Assembly: GCA_902786275.1 (NCBI GenBank)
Contig: CADACC010000002.1
Span: 7,600 to 71,599 of the forward strand
Source: an uncultured Erysipelotrichaceae bacterium
GTDB taxonomy: Bacteria; Bacillota_I; Bacilli_A; RF39; UBA660
Reading direction: 5' to 3'
Length of the DNA stretch: 64,000 nt
Shown: positions 36,164 through 48,983 of the stretch, in pieces
Layout: every line of letters begins with the position of its first letter
Numbering within the stretch: the first letter of the stretch is position 1
Notes under the pieces: generated by a model
The model's database searches: none
The model's input: the letters and a program-made list of their open reading frames with translations, nothing else
Told to the model about the DNA's origin: nothing
Made by a program: the position numbers and the translations under genes

Positions 36164-39100
36164 GTGGCATATAAGGTTCAAAAATTTGGAGATTACACAG
36201 AAAGAAGAAATTTTTCTAAAACAAAAAATACTTTAGAGTTACAGGATTTATTGGAGGTTCAAAAGAAGTCTTATCAAGAGTTCCTTGAAAATGGAATTAA
36301 GGAAGTTTTTGATGAGCTTTTTCCAGTTGAAAGTTTTACTGGAAATATCTCACTTGAATTTGGAGATTATTCTTTTGACTCACCAAGATATTCTGTAAAA
36401 GAAGCTAAAGAAAGAATGGTAAACTATGCTGCACCTTTAAAGGTTCAAGCTAGATTATTCATTCACGAAACTGGTGAAGTTAAGGAACAAGAAATATTCT
36501 TAGGCGATATGCCTTTAATGACTGAGGCCGGAACATTTATCATTAACGGAGCAGAACGTGTTATTGTTTCACAATTAGTTCGTTCTCCATCTATTTATTT
36601 CAAAAAAGAAATAGATAAAAATGGTAGATTAATTGTTTCAGGTGAAGTTATACCTAATAAAGGTACTTGGCTAGAATATGAACTTGATGCAAGAGATGTT
36701 GTTTATGTAAGAATTGATAGAACTAGAAAAGTTCCTGTTACAACATTCTTAAGAGCATTAGGTTTATCTAATGATGAAGATATCATTAGTGTTTTTGGTG
36801 ACAATAAATATATTCAAAATACTATTGAAAAAGATTCAACTAAAAATACTGATGAAGCTTTAATCGAAATCTATGAAAAGTTAAGACCTGGAGAACCAGC
36901 AACACTTGATTCTGCTAAGAACCAATTAGTAACTAGATTCTTTGATAGATTTAGATATGACTTAGCAAAAGTTGGTCGTTATAAATTTAATAAGAAATTA
37001 AATGTTGTTGATAGACTTTTAGGTTGTACACTTGCTGAAGACATTAAAGATGGTAAGAAAGTACTTGCTAAGAAAGGTACTTTAGTTACTAAAGATGTTT
37101 TAAAGGAAATTAAACCTGCATTTGCTAATGGTTTTAATTTAAAAGAAACAATTACTAACGAAGAGTTAGATGAATATAATAAAATTCAAACAGTTAAAGT
37201 TTATAATAAAGAAAATGAACAAGAAATTATCAATATTATTGGTAATGATCAATCAACTGATACTAAACGTTTAACTATTCCTGATGTTTATGCATCTGTA
37301 TCATATTATTTAAATTTACTTGATGATATTGGTAATATTGATGAAATCGATAACTTAGGAAATAGACGTGTAAGACAAGTTGGAGAATTAATCCAAACTC
37401 AATTTAGAGTAGGTATGGCTCGTATGGAAAGAGTTATCAGAGAAAGAATGACAACTCAAGAAATCGAAACTGTTACTCCAAAAACATTAATTAATATTAG
37501 ACCAGTAACTGCTGCTTTAAAAGAATTCTTTGGTTCATCTCAATTATCAAAATTCATGGATCAAATTAACCCAATTGCAGAGTTAACTGATAAGAGACGT
37601 TTATCATCTCTTGGTCCAGGTGGACTTTCAAGAGATAGAGCAAGTATGGATGTTCGTGACGTTAACCCATCACACTATGGTCGTATTTGTCCAATTGAAT
37701 CTCCAGAAGGACAAAACATCGGCCTTATTACATCACTTGCTGGATATGCAAAAATAAATGAATATGGTTTCATTATGACTCCTTATAGAAAAGTTAATAA
37801 TGGAATCGTATCTGATGAAATTTGTTATTTAACTGCTGATGAAGAACAAGATAATTACATTTCTCAAGCAGCTATTCAACTTGATAAAGATAATAGAATT
37901 GCTGATGAAAAAATTATCGTACGTATTAATGGTGACAACGTAATCGTTCCAAGAGAACAAGTTGATTACATTGACGTATCTCCATCACAAATCGTATCTA
38001 TTACAACAAGTTGTATTCCATTCCTTGAATACGACGATGCACACAGAACATTAATGGGTGCAAACATGCAACGTCAAGCAGTTCCACTTTTACAAGCAGA
38101 AGCTCCAATTGTTGGAACAGGTGTTGAATATATTGCAGCTCGTGATTCAGGATCAACAATCGTAGCTAAAGCTGATGGTGTTGTTGAATATGCTGATTCA
38201 CTAAAAATTATTGTTAAAACTGCAAAAGATAAAGATACATATTATTTAGCTAATTATGAAAGAAGTAATGCAGCTTCTTGTGTAAATCATGTTCCTATTG
38301 TTAAAAAAGGTGACAAGATTCATAAAGGTCAAGTTATTGCTGATGGACCATCTACTAAAAATGGAGAACTTGCTCTTGGTAAAAATATGACTGTTGCTTT
38401 CATGACATATAATGGTTATAACTACGAGGATGCTGTTATTCTTAATGAAAGATTAGTAAAAGATGATGTTTATACATCACTACATATAGATCACTATGAT
38501 ATTGAATGCCGTGATACTAAACTTGGTCCAGAAGAAATTACAAGAGACATTCCAAATGTTGGAGATGATGCTCGTAAGAACTTAGATGCTGATGGTATCG
38601 TAAGAATTGGTACTGAAGTTAGAGAAGGCGATATCCTAGTTGGTAAAGTTACACCAAAAGGTGTACAAGAACTTACTAGTGAAGAAAAATTATTACATGC
38701 TATCTTTGGTGAAAAAACTAGAGAAGTTAGAGATACTTCACTAAGAGTTGAACACGGAGCAGATGGTATTGTTCATAACATTAAAATTTATACTAAAGAA
38801 AATAGTGATGAACTTCCTGCTGGTGTTTCAAAAATTATTCGTGTTTATATAATTCAAAAACGTAAGATTCAAGTTGGAGATAAGATGTCAGGTCGTCATG
38901 GTAATAAAGGTGTTATTTCACTTATTTTACCAGAAGAAGATATGCCATTCTTACCAGATGGTAGACCAGTTGATATCATGCTTAACCCAATGGGTGTTCC
39001 ATCTCGTATGAACATCGGACAAATCTTAGAACTACATTTAGGTATGGCTGGTTCTAAATTAGGTGTTAAATATGCATCTCCAGTATTTGATAGTGCAACA

Positions 39101-39766
39101 TGGGAAGATATTAAAGAAGAAATGAAAGAAGCCGGTATTGACGAAGACGGTAAAACTATTGTTTACGATGGACGTACTGGTGAAGCATTTGATAATAGAA
39201 TTGCTGTTGGTGTAATGTACATGGTTAAACTACACCACATGGTTGATGATAAATTACATGCTCGTGCAACTGGACCTTATTCACTAGTTACACAACAACC
39301 ATTAGGTGGTAAAGCACAATTTGGTGGTCAACGTTTCGGAGAAATGGAAGTTTGGGCACTATATGCTTATGGTGCTGCTCATGTACTACAAGAAATATTA
39401 ACAGTTAAAGCCGATGATATCGTAGGTCGTGTTAAAGTTTACGAAGCTTTAGTTAAAGGTAAAACAGTTAACCAAGCTGGTGTACCAGAATCATTTAGAG
39501 TACTTGTTAAAGAGTTCCAAGCTTTAGGCTTAGACATGCAAGTAGTAACTAATGATGATGAAGTAGTTGACTTTAAAGACCTTGAAGAAGATGACGGCGA
39601 TGACTTAAGAATTAATGAACTAGAAAACATTGCTACAAATGTTGATGAACCAGAAGAACCTATGGATTCTGATGAATCTGATGATTATGAAGATGATGAA
39701 TTTGATGATGAACCAGATTTAGATGACCTAGAGTTTCCTGGTGATGAAATAGAGGAGGGTGAATAA
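36164..39766 (+). CDS. rpoB: DNA-directed RNA polymerase subunit beta
   Basis: About 1200 aa with many conserved blocks (…[13 protein letters not shown]…, …[15 protein letters not shown]…, …[24 protein letters not shown]…). GTG 36164 with an upstream GGGGTG is preferred over the ORF-track start at 36155. Confidence 0.95.
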   Translation: MAYKVQKFGDYTERRNFSKTKNTLELQDLLEVQKKSYQEFLENGIKEVFDELFPVESFTGNISLEFGDYSFDSPRYSVKEAKERMVNYAAPLKVQARLFIHETGEVKEQEIFLGDMPLMTEAGTFIINGAERVIVSQLVRSPSIYFKKEIDKNGRLIVSGEVIPNKGTWLEYELDARDVVYVRIDRTRKVPVTTFLRALGLSNDEDIISVFGDNKYIQNTIEKDSTKNTDEALIEIYEKLRPGEPATLDSAKNQLVTRFFDRFRYDLAKVGRYKFNKKLNVVDRLLGCTLAEDIKDGKKVLAKKGTLVTKDVLKEIKPAFANGFNLKETITNEELDEYNKIQTVKVYNKENEQEIINIIGNDQSTDTKRLTIPDVYASVSYYLNLLDDIGNIDEIDNLGNRRVRQVGELIQTQFRVGMARMERVIRERMTTQEIETVTPKTLINIRPVTAALKEFFGSSQLSKFMDQINPIAELTDKRRLSSLGPGGLSRDRASMDVRDVNPSHYGRICPIESPEGQNIGLITSLAGYAKINEYGFIMTPYRKVNNGIVSDEICYLTADEEQDNYISQAAIQLDKDNRIADEKIIVRINGDNVIVPREQVDYIDVSPSQIVSITTSCIPFLEYDDAHRTLMGANMQRQAVPLLQAEAPIVGTGVEYIAARDSGSTIVAKADGVVEYADSLKIIVKTAKDKDTYYLANYERSNAASCVNHVPIVKKGDKIHKGQVIADGPSTKNGELALGKNMTVAFMTYNGYNYEDAVILNERLVKDDVYTSLHIDHYDIECRDTKLGPEEITRDIPNVGDDARKNLDADGIVRIGTEVREGDILVGKVTPKGVQELTSEEKLLHAIFGEKTREVRDTSLRVEHGADGIVHNIKIYTKENSDELPAGVSKIIRVYIIQKRKIQVGDKMSGRHGNKGVISLILPEEDMPFLPDGRPVDIMLNPMGVPSRMNIGQILELHLGMAGSKLGVKYASPVFDSATWEDIKEEMKEAGIDEDGKTIVYDGRTGEAFDNRIAVGVMYMVKLHHMVDDKLHARATGPYSLVTQQPLGGKAQFGGQRFGEMEVWALYAYGAAHVLQEILTVKADDIVGRVKVYEALVKGKTVNQAGVPESFRVLVKEFQALGLDMQVVTNDDEVVDFKDLEEDDGDDLRINELENIATNVDEPEEPMDSDESDDYEDDEFDDEPDLDDLEFPGDEIEEGE

Positions 39767-39768
39767 TT

Positions 39769-42700
39769 ATGATAGATGTAAGAAATTTTAAAGGTATCAA
39801 AATTGGAATTGCCTCTCCTGAAAAAATTCGTAGTTGGTCTTATGGTGAAGTTAAAAAACCAGAAACTATTAACTACAGAACTCAAAAACCTGAACGTGAC
39901 GGACTTTTCTGCGAGAAGATTTTTGGTCCAACTAAGGACTACGAATGTTCTTGCGGAAAGTACAAACGTTTAAGATATAAAAATGTTGTATGTGATAGAT
40001 GTGGTGTTGAGGTAACTCAAAGTAAGGTAAGACGTGAACGTATGGGTCATATCGAACTTGCTGCACCATGTTCACATATTTGGTTCTTTAAGGGTGTACC
40101 TTCTAAAATGGGTCTTGTTCTAGATATGTCTCCAAGAGATCTAGAAGAAGTACTATATTTTGTTAGTTACGTTGTAATTGATCCAGGAACTGCACCACTT
40201 GAGAAAAAACAAATATTATCTGATAAAGAATATAGAGCTTTCTATGAAAAATACGGAAACAGCTTTAAAGTAGGTATGGGTGCTGAAGCTATCCAAACAT
40301 TACTTAAAGAAGTTGATGTTAAAAAAGAAGTAGAAGACTTAAGAAAAGAACTTGAAAGTGCAACAGGACAAAAAAGAATTCGTCTTGTAAAAAGACTTGA
40401 TTGTTTAGTTGCATTTGAAGAATCAAATAATCGTCCTGAATGGATGGTTCTAGATGTTCTTCCAGTTATTCCACCAGATTTAAGACCAATGATTCAACTT
40501 GATGGTGGAAGATTTGCAACATCTGATTTAAATGATTTATATAGAAGAATTATTAACAGAAATAATCGTCTTAAAAAATTACTTGAATTAGGTGCTCCTA
40601 CAATTATCGTTCAAAATGAAAAACGTATGCTTCAAGAAGCAGTTGATTCACTATTTGATAATGGTAGAAGAGGAAGAAGTATAACTGCTGCTGGTAATAG
40701 ACCACTTAAATCACTATCTAGTATGCTTAAAGGTAAACAAGGACGTTTCCGTCAAAACTTATTAGGTAAACGTGTTGACTATTCTGGTCGTTCAGTTATC
40801 GTTGTTGGACCAAACCTTAAAATGTATCAATGTGGTATTCCAAAAGAAATGGCTCTTGAGCTATTTAAACCACATGTTATTCATGGTCTAGTTGAAAGAG
40901 ATTTAGCTCACAATATTAAAGGTGCTAAAAAGTTAATTGATTCAAGAGATGAATGTGTATGGGATGTTGTTGAGGATGTTATTACTGAACATCCAGTAAT
41001 GCTTAACCGTGCACCAACTCTACATAGACTTGGTATTCAAGCATTCGAACCAAAACTTGTTGGTGGTAAAGCAATTCGTCTTCACCCATTAGTATGTACA
41101 GCATTTAACGCTGACTTCGATGGTGACCAAATGGCTGTTCACGTACCACTTTCTGAAGAAGCTAAAGCTGAAGCAAGACTTCTAATGCTTGGTGCTAATA
41201 ATATTCTATCTCCAAAAGATGGAAAACCAATCGTTACTCCTTCACAAGACATGGTTTTAGGTAACTACTATCTAACTATGGAAAAAGCTGGAGAAGAAAA
41301 CGAAGGTAAAGTTTATAAAAACCCTAATGATGTTTTAATGGCTTACGAAAGAAGAGAAATTACACTTCATACAAGAATTGCTCTTCCTGTTGATTCATTT
41401 AGACATAAATTATTTGTTGATGAACAAAAGGGTAAATACTTAGTAACAACTGCTGGTAAGTTAATCTTTAATGAAATCTTACCAGATTCATTCCCATACC
41501 TAAATGAAGGTACTAAAGACAATATTGAAGGATTTACTCCTGATAAATATTTACTTGAAATGGGAACAAATATTCCAGAAGCTATTAAAGAAATGCCACT
41601 TGTTGCTCCATTTGCTAAAAAGACTTTTGGTAATATCATTGCTCAAGTATTTAAAAGATACAAAACAACTGAAACATCTATAATGCTAGATAAATTAAAA
41701 GATTTAGGATTTAAATATTCTACAATCGCTGGTATTACAGTATCTGCTGCTGATGTTATCACAACAGATAAGAAAGATGAAATTGTTGCTCGTGCACAAG
41801 AAGTTGTTGATAAAATTAATAAACAATACCAAAGAGGTTTAATTACTGATGAAGAAAGACACGAAGCTGTATGTGCTCAGTGGAACAAAGCATCAGACGA
41901 AGTTGCAGATGACCTTAAGAGAATATCTGAAGAAAATCCTGATAACCCAATATTCATGATGATGAATTCAGGTGCTCGTGGTAATATCGGTAACTTTAGA
42001 CAACTTGCTGGTATGCGTGGTTTAATGGCTAAACCAAATGGTGAATCTGTTGAAATTCCAATCCTATCAAACTTCTTTGAAGGATTACACGTTTCAGAAT
42101 TCTTCTTATCAACACATGGTTCTCGTAAAGGAGATGCCGATACAGCCCTTAAGACTGCTGACTCAGGATATTTAACTCGTCGTTTAGTAGACGTTGCTCA
42201 AGATATTTTAGTTAGAGAAGAAGATTGCGGATGCACTAAAGGTGTAGTTGTTAAAGATTTAATTAATGATAAAGATGGTTCTGTAATTGAACCTTTAGAA
42301 GAACGTATTTTAGGAAGATTTACTGCTCAAAAAGTAATTAATCCTGAAACTAAAGAAGTAATTGTTGATAAAAATGAAATGATTACTGAAACAATTTGTT
42401 CTAAGATTAAAAGAGCTGGAATTAAACAAGTTGAAATTAGAAGTGTTCTAACTTGTCGTACAATTAATGGTGTTTGTCAAAAATGTTACGGACGTAACCT
42501 TGCAACAGGTAACCTTGTTGAAACAGGTGAAGCTGTTGGTGTTATGGCTGCACAATCAATTGGTGAACCTGGTACACAGTTAACAATGCGTACATTCCAC
42601 TCAGGTGGTGTTGCCCATGGTGGTGATGCGGATATCACTCAAGGTCTTCCAAGAGTTGAAGAATTATTCGAAGCACGTACACCAAAAGGTAAAGCTACTA

Positions 42701-43458
42701 TTGCTGAAGTTGCTGGTAAAGTTATTTCAATTGAAGAATCTGGTGGAAAACACAAGATCATGATTGAAAACGAAGCTGGTGTAACTGATCAAACTACATT
42801 ATATAATCAAAAAGTTATTGTTAATGTTGGTGATGAAGTTGTTGCTGGTCAAAAACTTACTCAAGGTGTTATTTCACCTAAAGAGTTACTAGCTGTAACA
42901 GACCCACTTACTGCACAAGAATATATTATTAAAGAAATTCAATCAGTTTATAAATTACAAGGTGTTGATATTTCTGATAAACACGTTGAAATTTTAGCTA
43001 AGAGAATGATTAATAAGATTAAGATTATAGATGGTGGAGATACAGAATTCGTTGAAGGATTAACAGTATCACTAAGAGAATTTGCTGATGGAAATAAACC
43101 AGTAATTCTAAATGGTGGTGTTCCTGCAACAGGTAGACCAATAATGCTTGGTATTACTAAGAGTGCTCTTGAAACTGATTCATTCTTATCTGCTGCATCA
43201 TTCCAAGAAACTACAAGAGTTTTAACAGATGCTGCAATTAGAGGAAAAGTTGACTATCTACAAGGATTAAAAGAAAATGTTATCATTGGTAAGTTAATTC
43301 CTGCAGGTACTGGAGCAAGACAATATGCTGACATTGATCTACTTCTAGAAAAAGAATTCTTAGATGATGATCCTAGTGAAAAATTAGAAGAAAAATTAAT
43401 GGGTGATGATTCAATAGCTGAGGAAACTCAAGTTGAAGCGGAACCTGTAGAAGCTTAA
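39769..43458 (+). CDS. rpoC: DNA-directed RNA polymerase subunit beta'
   Basis: 1229 aa with the zinc-binding CSCGKY…[20 protein letters not shown] (catalytic DFDGD), and trigger-loop regions. It starts 3 nt after rpoB. Confidence 0.95.
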   Translation: MIDVRNFKGIKIGIASPEKIRSWSYGEVKKPETINYRTQKPERDGLFCEKIFGPTKDYECSCGKYKRLRYKNVVCDRCGVEVTQSKVRRERMGHIELAAPCSHIWFFKGVPSKMGLVLDMSPRDLEEVLYFVSYVVIDPGTAPLEKKQILSDKEYRAFYEKYGNSFKVGMGAEAIQTLLKEVDVKKEVEDLRKELESATGQKRIRLVKRLDCLVAFEESNNRPEWMVLDVLPVIPPDLRPMIQLDGGRFATSDLNDLYRRIINRNNRLKKLLELGAPTIIVQNEKRMLQEAVDSLFDNGRRGRSITAAGNRPLKSLSSMLKGKQGRFRQNLLGKRVDYSGRSVIVVGPNLKMYQCGIPKEMALELFKPHVIHGLVERDLAHNIKGAKKLIDSRDECVWDVVEDVITEHPVMLNRAPTLHRLGIQAFEPKLVGGKAIRLHPLVCTAFNADFDGDQMAVHVPLSEEAKAEARLLMLGANNILSPKDGKPIVTPSQDMVLGNYYLTMEKAGEENEGKVYKNPNDVLMAYERREITLHTRIALPVDSFRHKLFVDEQKGKYLVTTAGKLIFNEILPDSFPYLNEGTKDNIEGFTPDKYLLEMGTNIPEAIKEMPLVAPFAKKTFGNIIAQVFKRYKTTETSIMLDKLKDLGFKYSTIAGITVSAADVITTDKKDEIVARAQEVVDKINKQYQRGLITDEERHEAVCAQWNKASDEVADDLKRISEENPDNPIFMMMNSGARGNIGNFRQLAGMRGLMAKPNGESVEIPILSNFFEGLHVSEFFLSTHGSRKGDADTALKTADSGYLTRRLVDVAQDILVREEDCGCTKGVVVKDLINDKDGSVIEPLEERILGRFTAQKVINPETKEVIVDKNEMITETICSKIKRAGIKQVEIRSVLTCRTINGVCQKCYGRNLATGNLVETGEAVGVMAAQSIGEPGTQLTMRTFHSGGVAHGGDADITQGLPRVEELFEARTPKGKATIAEVAGKVISIEESGGKHKIMIENEAGVTDQTTLYNQKVIVNVGDEVVAGQKLTQGVISPKELLAVTDPLTAQEYIIKEIQSVYKLQGVDISDKHVEILAKRMINKIKIIDGGDTEFVEGLTVSLREFADGNKPVILNGGVPATGRPIMLGITKSALETDSFLSAASFQETTRVLTDAAIRGKVDYLQGLKENVIIGKLIPAGTGARQYADIDLLLEKEFLDDDPSEKLEEKLMGDDSIAEETQVEAEPVEA

Positions 43459-43467
43459 TTAAAAAAT

Positions 43468-43502
43468 GAAGAGTTTACTAATTATTTAGTAAACTCTTTT
43501 TA
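43468..43502 (+). terminator. Rho-independent terminator after rpoC
   Basis: AAGAGTTTACT aattattt AGTAAACTCTT + TTTAT. Confidence 0.7.
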
Positions 43503-43560
43503 TGTGTTGAATATTTAAATTACATAGACTATAATTTTAATATAATAGAAGGAGAAAATT

Positions 43561-44973
43561 ATGGAAGAAGAAAAAAATGAAAATGTTGTTGAAGAGGTAA
43601 CTGAATCAGTTACTACTAATAAGAAAAAGAAAAATCCAATAATATTAATAATAATTCTGCTGGTATTAATAATACTTGGTTTAACAGGTTATATATTAAT
43701 AGATAAAGGAATTATTTTTGGAAAGGATTCCAAAGAAAGTAGTAGCAAAAAAGATACTAACAAAGATGAAAAACCTACTGATAAGGAACCAGAAAAAGAA
43801 CCAGAGAAAGAGCCTGAAAAGATTTCTTATCCTACTGAAAAGTCTACTGTAGTTAATACTAGTGGTGGAACTGGTTTTGATGAGTTTACTTATAAAATAG
43901 GTAATTATAAGTTTATAGTTACTGAAGAGTTCGAAGAAGAATATATTTTTTATGATGTAACTAATAAAGATGGAAAAGACATAGCAACATTTAAAGGATC
44001 ACATCCTGATGGAGCTACATTCGCATTTAATAGTGATGGTTCTGTTTCTTATCTTGATGCTTACAATAAAAATAAAGAATGTTATACATATAAAAGATTT
44101 AGCTATGATGGAAAAGAAATAAAAACAACAGAGTGTGTTGAAACAATTGTAGATAATTATCTTATTTTAAAAGAAAATAATCATATTAAACTTAAAACAT
44201 ACGATGGTAACTATGTTAAAGATTTTGACTTTGATTTGTCAAAAGGTAATTACACACTTCACTCAATGCTATCTGGTTGGTTCACTGATGAAGGCAAAAA
44301 AGGTATTTACTTAGTAATTGAAAATAAAGATATTGAATACGGAGAATCAGGTGCTGGACTTGAGTATTATTTTGAACCATCTACAGGAAAAGTAGGTACT
44401 ATAAAAACTGAAGGTATTGGTGGTTATGCTAAACCAGTATTATACCTATATCCTGAAAAAGAAACTAACGTTAGTGTAAGCTTTGAAAATCCAAATCTGC
44501 TTACCACAACATATCCTAAATTTGTAAATAGCTGGAATGTTACTGCTAAACCAAATGGTGATTTATTTGACTCAAATGGTAAATACTATTATGGATTATA
44601 CTGGGAAGAAAGTGGATCTACTAAAGTAGATTTTATTGAAGGATTCTATGTAACTAAAAATAATGCTATCAAATTTTTAGAAGATAAATTATCATTTATT
44701 GGACTAAATGGTAAAGAAAGAAATGAATTTATCATGTACTGGCTTCCAATATTGGAAAAAAACAATAAGTCAGTAGTATATTTTGAATTAACTAAAGAAA
44801 GAGATTCTTATAATAAACTTAACATTTCTCCAAAACCAGACTCATTACTTAGATTAGCAATTCATGTTAAGAAAGTAGATAAGAAACCAAATAACATGAA
44901 AGAAGAAAAACTTACAAGATTTGAAAGAAAAGGATTTACTGCTGTTGAATGGGGCGGAGTAATCCATAATTAA
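43561..44973 (+). CDS. hypothetical membrane-anchored protein with KEPEKEPEKEPEK linker
   Basis: 470 aa. Acidic N-terminus, one TM helix, an (EPEK)n repeat, then a large extracytoplasmic domain. No family recognised. Confidence 0.5.
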   Translation: MEEEKNENVVEEVTESVTTNKKKKNPIILIIILLVLIILGLTGYILIDKGIIFGKDSKESSSKKDTNKDEKPTDKEPEKEPEKEPEKISYPTEKSTVVNTSGGTGFDEFTYKIGNYKFIVTEEFEEEYIFYDVTNKDGKDIATFKGSHPDGATFAFNSDGSVSYLDAYNKNKECYTYKRFSYDGKEIKTTECVETIVDNYLILKENNHIKLKTYDGNYVKDFDFDLSKGNYTLHSMLSGWFTDEGKKGIYLVIENKDIEYGESGAGLEYYFEPSTGKVGTIKTEGIGGYAKPVLYLYPEKETNVSVSFENPNLLTTTYPKFVNSWNVTAKPNGDLFDSNGKYYYGLYWEESGSTKVDFIEGFYVTKNNAIKFLEDKLSFIGLNGKERNEFIMYWLPILEKNNKSVVYFELTKERDSYNKLNISPKPDSLLRLAIHVKKVDKKPNNMKEEKLTRFERKGFTAVEWGGVIHN

Positions 44974-44976
44974 TGT

Positions 44977-45013
44977 AAAGTATTTGCCTTTAGTTTAAGG
45001 CAAATACTTTTTA
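44977..45013 (+). terminator. Rho-independent terminator
   Basis: AAAGTATTTGCCTT tagttt AAGGCAAATACTTT + TTA. Confidence 0.65.
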
Positions 45014-45068
45014 TATGTGTAAAAGTATGTTATTCTTTATATATAAAATAGAGAAAGTAGGTTTAAAA

Positions 45069-45236
45069 ATGGCAACTGCTAAGAAAACTACTGCAAAGAA
45101 AACAACAAAGAAAGCTCCAGTTAAAGCTACTCCTAAAAAAGTAGGTCTAACAGAAGAAGATAAAAGAGCTTTATGGCTTGCAATAACAATTATTGTTGTT
45201 CTAGCTGGATATTTTGTTTTAACGTACTTTGCATAA
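45069..45236 (+). CDS. small Lys/Thr-rich single-TM protein (55 aa)
   Basis: RBS AAAGTAGG precedes ATG 45069. MATAKKTTAKKTTKKAPVKATPKK… plus a C-terminal TM helix. A terminator hairpin immediately follows at 45237-45267. Confidence 0.4.
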   Translation: MATAKKTTAKKTTKKAPVKATPKKVGLTEEDKRALWLAITIIVVLAGYFVLTYFA

Positions 45237-45310
45237 AAAATCCTTTATTTTAAAGGGATTTTTTTATTTACTCATATTTTTTTTGATATAATAACAAGTA
45301 GGTGATAAAA

Positions 45311-46423
45311 ATGACTATAACTGATAATATGACTAAAAAAAATTTAAACTTATCAAAATATGCAACACTTGATAAAGATGCTATTAGATACTTTGATCAA
45401 AAAGAAGATATACGTACTCCTTTTTATCATGATATAGATAGAATTATATATTCTTTATCATATACAAGATATATGGATAAAACTCAAGTTTTTTCATTTA
45501 ATGAAAATGATCATATTTCTAAAAGAATGATTCATGTACAGTTTGTAAGTAAAATAGCTAGAACAATTGGAAGAGCCTTAGGATTAAACGAAGACCTAAT
45601 CGAAGCTGGTGCTTTAGGTCACGATTTAGGTCACGTTCCATTTGGTCATGTAGGCGAGCATATATTAAGTAAGATAAGTGAAAAACATAATGAAGGTTGT
45701 TTTAATCACAATGTTCAAAGTTTTAGACTTTTATATTTTTTAGAAAATCATGGAAAAGGCAATAACATTTCTGTTCAAGTTCTTGATGCAATAATATCAC
45801 ATAATGGTGAGTTTTTAATGGGTGAATATAAACCAGTTAAGAAAACAAAAGAAGAGTTACTAAAAGAATATGAAGATAGTTATAAATCAAATAACTGTAA
45901 TTTAATTCCAATGACACTAGAAGGTTGTGTTGTTAGAATTAGTGATTTAATTGGTTATATTGGAAGAGATATTGAAGATGCCATTAGACTTGGCATTATA
46001 ACAATAGATGATATCCCAGAAGATATTAAAAATACCTTAGGTACTACAAATAGTGAGATTGTAAATACTATTGTTTTAGATGTAATAAATAATAGTTTAG
46101 ATAAACCTTATATTAAGTTAAGTGATAATGTATATAATGCAATAAAAGATTTAAAAGATTTTAACTATAAAAATATTTATGCAAAAGCAAATTCAAAAGA
46201 AGCTATTGAAAAATATGAACTTATGTTTAATAGACTTTTTGATAAATATTTGGATGATCTCAATAAAGAAGATGAATCATCTATAATATATATTGCATAT
46301 TTAAACGATATGTGCGAAAAATATAAATTAGAAAATACAAATGAAAGAATAGTAATAGATTTCATCGCTGGTATGACAGATGATTTCTTTATAAAGGAAT
46401 ATAACAAGTATTTTAAAGATTAA
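45311..46423 (+). CDS. HD-domain phosphohydrolase, dGTP triphosphohydrolase-like
   Basis: …IEAGALGHDLGHVPFGHVGEHIL… is the HD motif arrangement of dGTPase-like proteins. RBS AGGTGA is 7 nt upstream of ATG 45311. Confidence 0.7.
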   Translation: MTITDNMTKKNLNLSKYATLDKDAIRYFDQKEDIRTPFYHDIDRIIYSLSYTRYMDKTQVFSFNENDHISKRMIHVQFVSKIARTIGRALGLNEDLIEAGALGHDLGHVPFGHVGEHILSKISEKHNEGCFNHNVQSFRLLYFLENHGKGNNISVQVLDAIISHNGEFLMGEYKPVKKTKEELLKEYEDSYKSNNCNLIPMTLEGCVVRISDLIGYIGRDIEDAIRLGIITIDDIPEDIKNTLGTTNSEIVNTIVLDVINNSLDKPYIKLSDNVYNAIKDLKDFNYKNIYAKANSKEAIEKYELMFNRLFDKYLDDLNKEDESSIIYIAYLNDMCEKYKLENTNERIVIDFIAGMTDDFFIKEYNKYFKD

Positions 46424-46438
46424 TAAAGGAGGGCAAAT

Positions 46439-47713
46439 ATGAAATATAAAACAATAAAAGAAAAAAACTATAACTTACAACTAATAGATGTACCTAATTT
46501 TCGTAGTTGTCATTTTGCATTAATTTTTAGAGATGATTTTGATCCTAAAAAAGCTGTATGTTATGCATTATTATCTGATATGATAACTGATGCTAATAAA
46601 GACTTACCATCAAGTAAGTATGTTTTAAGAAAAATGGAAGACAACTATATATTAAATTTCTATGGTTCTTTTTCAAATGTAGGAAATAAAATGCAAACAT
46701 ATATTGTTTGTGACTATGTTGATCCAAGATACATTAGAGAAGATAATTACCTAGATAATGTATACAAGTTTATTTTTGACATGCTTAAAAAACCTCTTGT
46801 AAAAAATAATGTATTTGATGAAAAATTATTTAATTTAGCAAAAAGAAGATTATTAACTGATTTAAAATCTTGTAAAGATGATAATAACTTCTTAAGTATC
46901 AATAAAGCATTAAAGTTGTTTGCACCATCATCACCAACAAGTTTTCACTTATTTGATATGATTGATTTTATTGAAAACTTAAAATGTGAAGATATGTATA
47001 AATACTATGAAGAATTAATAAAAGAACATGTAGATATATTTATAACTGGTGGTCTTAATAATGGTAAAGAAGAAAAACTAATTAAAAAATATTTTCCATT
47101 TAAATCAACTAAAAAATTAGATCGAAATGAAGTTATTAATCATAATTATCGTATGATTCCAATAAAGAAAGTTGAAAAATCAAAATTTAAACAAAGTACT
47201 ATTGTTACAATATATAATGTTAATAATTTATCTATGTTTGAAAGAGAATTTGTTGCATCATATTATTTAAATATTTTAAATACTGCAAATCTTAACTCAA
47301 AGCTATATCAGTATTTAAGAAATGAAAATAGCTTATGCTACACTATAAACTCTTATCCAATTGATAGAAGTAATATATTAATAATTAAAGTTACAGTAAA
47401 AGCTGGGGAAGAAAGAAAAGCACTTAAATTAATCAAAAAAGCTTTTAGTGATATGAAAAACAAAATATCAAATGAAGAATTTGTAAGAGCATATTATGCT
47501 TATGAAAGTTCTTTAAAAGGTATGGTTGATAGCATTGGAGCTATAAATAGATTATATATGAATATGTATTATGGCGGTTTTTCAAATTATGATATAAAGA
47601 AAAAAGAATTTAAGAAAGTTACGATTGATGACATATATTCTTTAGCAAAAAAAGTAAAACTAAATACAGTATATGTTTTAAAGGGGGATATAAATGAAAG
47701 AAATCAAGATTAA
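46439..47713 (+). CDS. M16-family (insulinase-like) protein, probably the non-catalytic partner
   Basis: 424 aa with no HxxEH motif. It overlaps the downstream M16 peptidase by 20 nt. The pairing resembles YmfF/YmfH-type M16 pairs. Confidence 0.45.
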   Translation: MKYKTIKEKNYNLQLIDVPNFRSCHFALIFRDDFDPKKAVCYALLSDMITDANKDLPSSKYVLRKMEDNYILNFYGSFSNVGNKMQTYIVCDYVDPRYIREDNYLDNVYKFIFDMLKKPLVKNNVFDEKLFNLAKRRLLTDLKSCKDDNNFLSINKALKLFAPSSPTSFHLFDMIDFIENLKCEDMYKYYEELIKEHVDIFITGGLNNGKEEKLIKKYFPFKSTKKLDRNEVINHNYRMIPIKKVEKSKFKQSTIVTIYNVNNLSMFEREFVASYYLNILNTANLNSKLYQYLRNENSLCYTINSYPIDRSNILIIKVTVKAGEERKALKLIKKAFSDMKNKISNEEFVRAYYAYESSLKGMVDSIGAINRLYMNMYYGGFSNYDIKKKEFKKVTIDDIYSLAKKVKLNTVYVLKGDINERNQD

Positions 47714-48983
47714 GAGTTCTAATGAATCAATATATACATTTAATGCCCCAACAGGACTTCCTGTTTATATGTGGGTAAATAAGGATAAAACTAATGTTCA
47801 TATGACCTTAACAGTTAAATATGGATCATCCGGTATAAATTTTACATGTGCAGGTGTTAAATATAGTGTTCCAACTGGAACAGCACATTATCTTGAACAT
47901 ATAAAATTTAATATAAAAGATCAAGATGTATCTAAACTATTTTATGATTTAGGCTGTGATTCAAATGCATATACATCACTTAATGAAACATCCTATGAAG
48001 TATACGCTAATACAAATTTAAAAGAAGTATTAAAATTACTTTTAGATTTCGTTTATGATAACTATTTCACAAAGAAATTAGTTGATAATGAACGTGGAAT
48101 TATTCTTGAGGAATGCAATTATGGAAAAGATGATCCAGAACATGAATTTTACAGAAGAAATGTTGAAAGTTATCTTCCTAAAAGTACTCATAGAATTCCC
48201 GTTATAGGTTATGAAAAAGATATTAAAAGTATAACGATAGATGATATTGCATTAATTCATGATTTTTTCTATCGACCTGAAAATATGTTTTTAACCATAA
48301 CAGGAAACTTTGATAAAGAAGAATTAGAAAAGGTAATAAATGAAAACGAAAAAGAACGTAAGTTCAAAGATATAGGTAAGATTAAAATAAATTTACCTAA
48401 AGAATCCAAAAAGATGTTGGAAAAAGATTTTGTTATTGAATCTGACAAATGTTCTAACACTTTAGGTAAATATATAATTAAATCAATGCTTAGTGATTTT
48501 AAAGGAAAAAGTAAAAAAGAAGTGCTTGTTAGTTTAAGAGCACTTATTAATGCAAACTTTGGACCAACAAGTGACTTTTATGAAAATGTTATACAAAATG
48601 GTCTAGCAACTAAGTGCCGTGCATCTGTTACTTTTGATGATGATGTTGTTGGTATTTTCTTTAACGTAATAAGTGATAACCCTGAAAATATATTTAATTT
48701 AATTGAAGAAAAATTAAATAATATGGATATTACTAAAGAAGATATAAGTAGAATTTTAAAGAAGAATATAACTTCATCAATTCTTAGATATGATAATATC
48801 TATGAAGTTTCAGGTTATATAATTTCATCTATTATTGATGATGGTCAAATTAATGATGATAGATTTGAAATATTAAAAAAACTTACACCAAAGAAAGTTA
48901 TGGATATATATAAGTGTGTTGATTTAAGTAATAAAATGACATCTATATTAAAACCAATAAAAAAAGAAACTATTAAAAAATAG
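47694..48983 (+). CDS. M16-family zinc peptidase (HxxEH inverzincin motif)
   Basis: …GTAHYLEHIKFN… carries the HxxEH zinc-binding motif, with a downstream E in …NERGIILEE…. Confidence 0.7.
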   Translation: MKEIKIKSSNESIYTFNAPTGLPVYMWVNKDKTNVHMTLTVKYGSSGINFTCAGVKYSVPTGTAHYLEHIKFNIKDQDVSKLFYDLGCDSNAYTSLNETSYEVYANTNLKEVLKLLLDFVYDNYFTKKLVDNERGIILEECNYGKDDPEHEFYRRNVESYLPKSTHRIPVIGYEKDIKSITIDDIALIHDFFYRPENMFLTITGNFDKEELEKVINENEKERKFKDIGKIKINLPKESKKMLEKDFVIESDKCSNTLGKYIIKSMLSDFKGKSKKEVLVSLRALINANFGPTSDFYENVIQNGLATKCRASVTFDDDVVGIFFNVISDNPENIFNLIEEKLNNMDITKEDISRILKKNITSSILRYDNIYEVSGYIISSIIDDGQINDDRFEILKKLTPKKVMDIYKCVDLSNKMTSILKPIKKETIKK

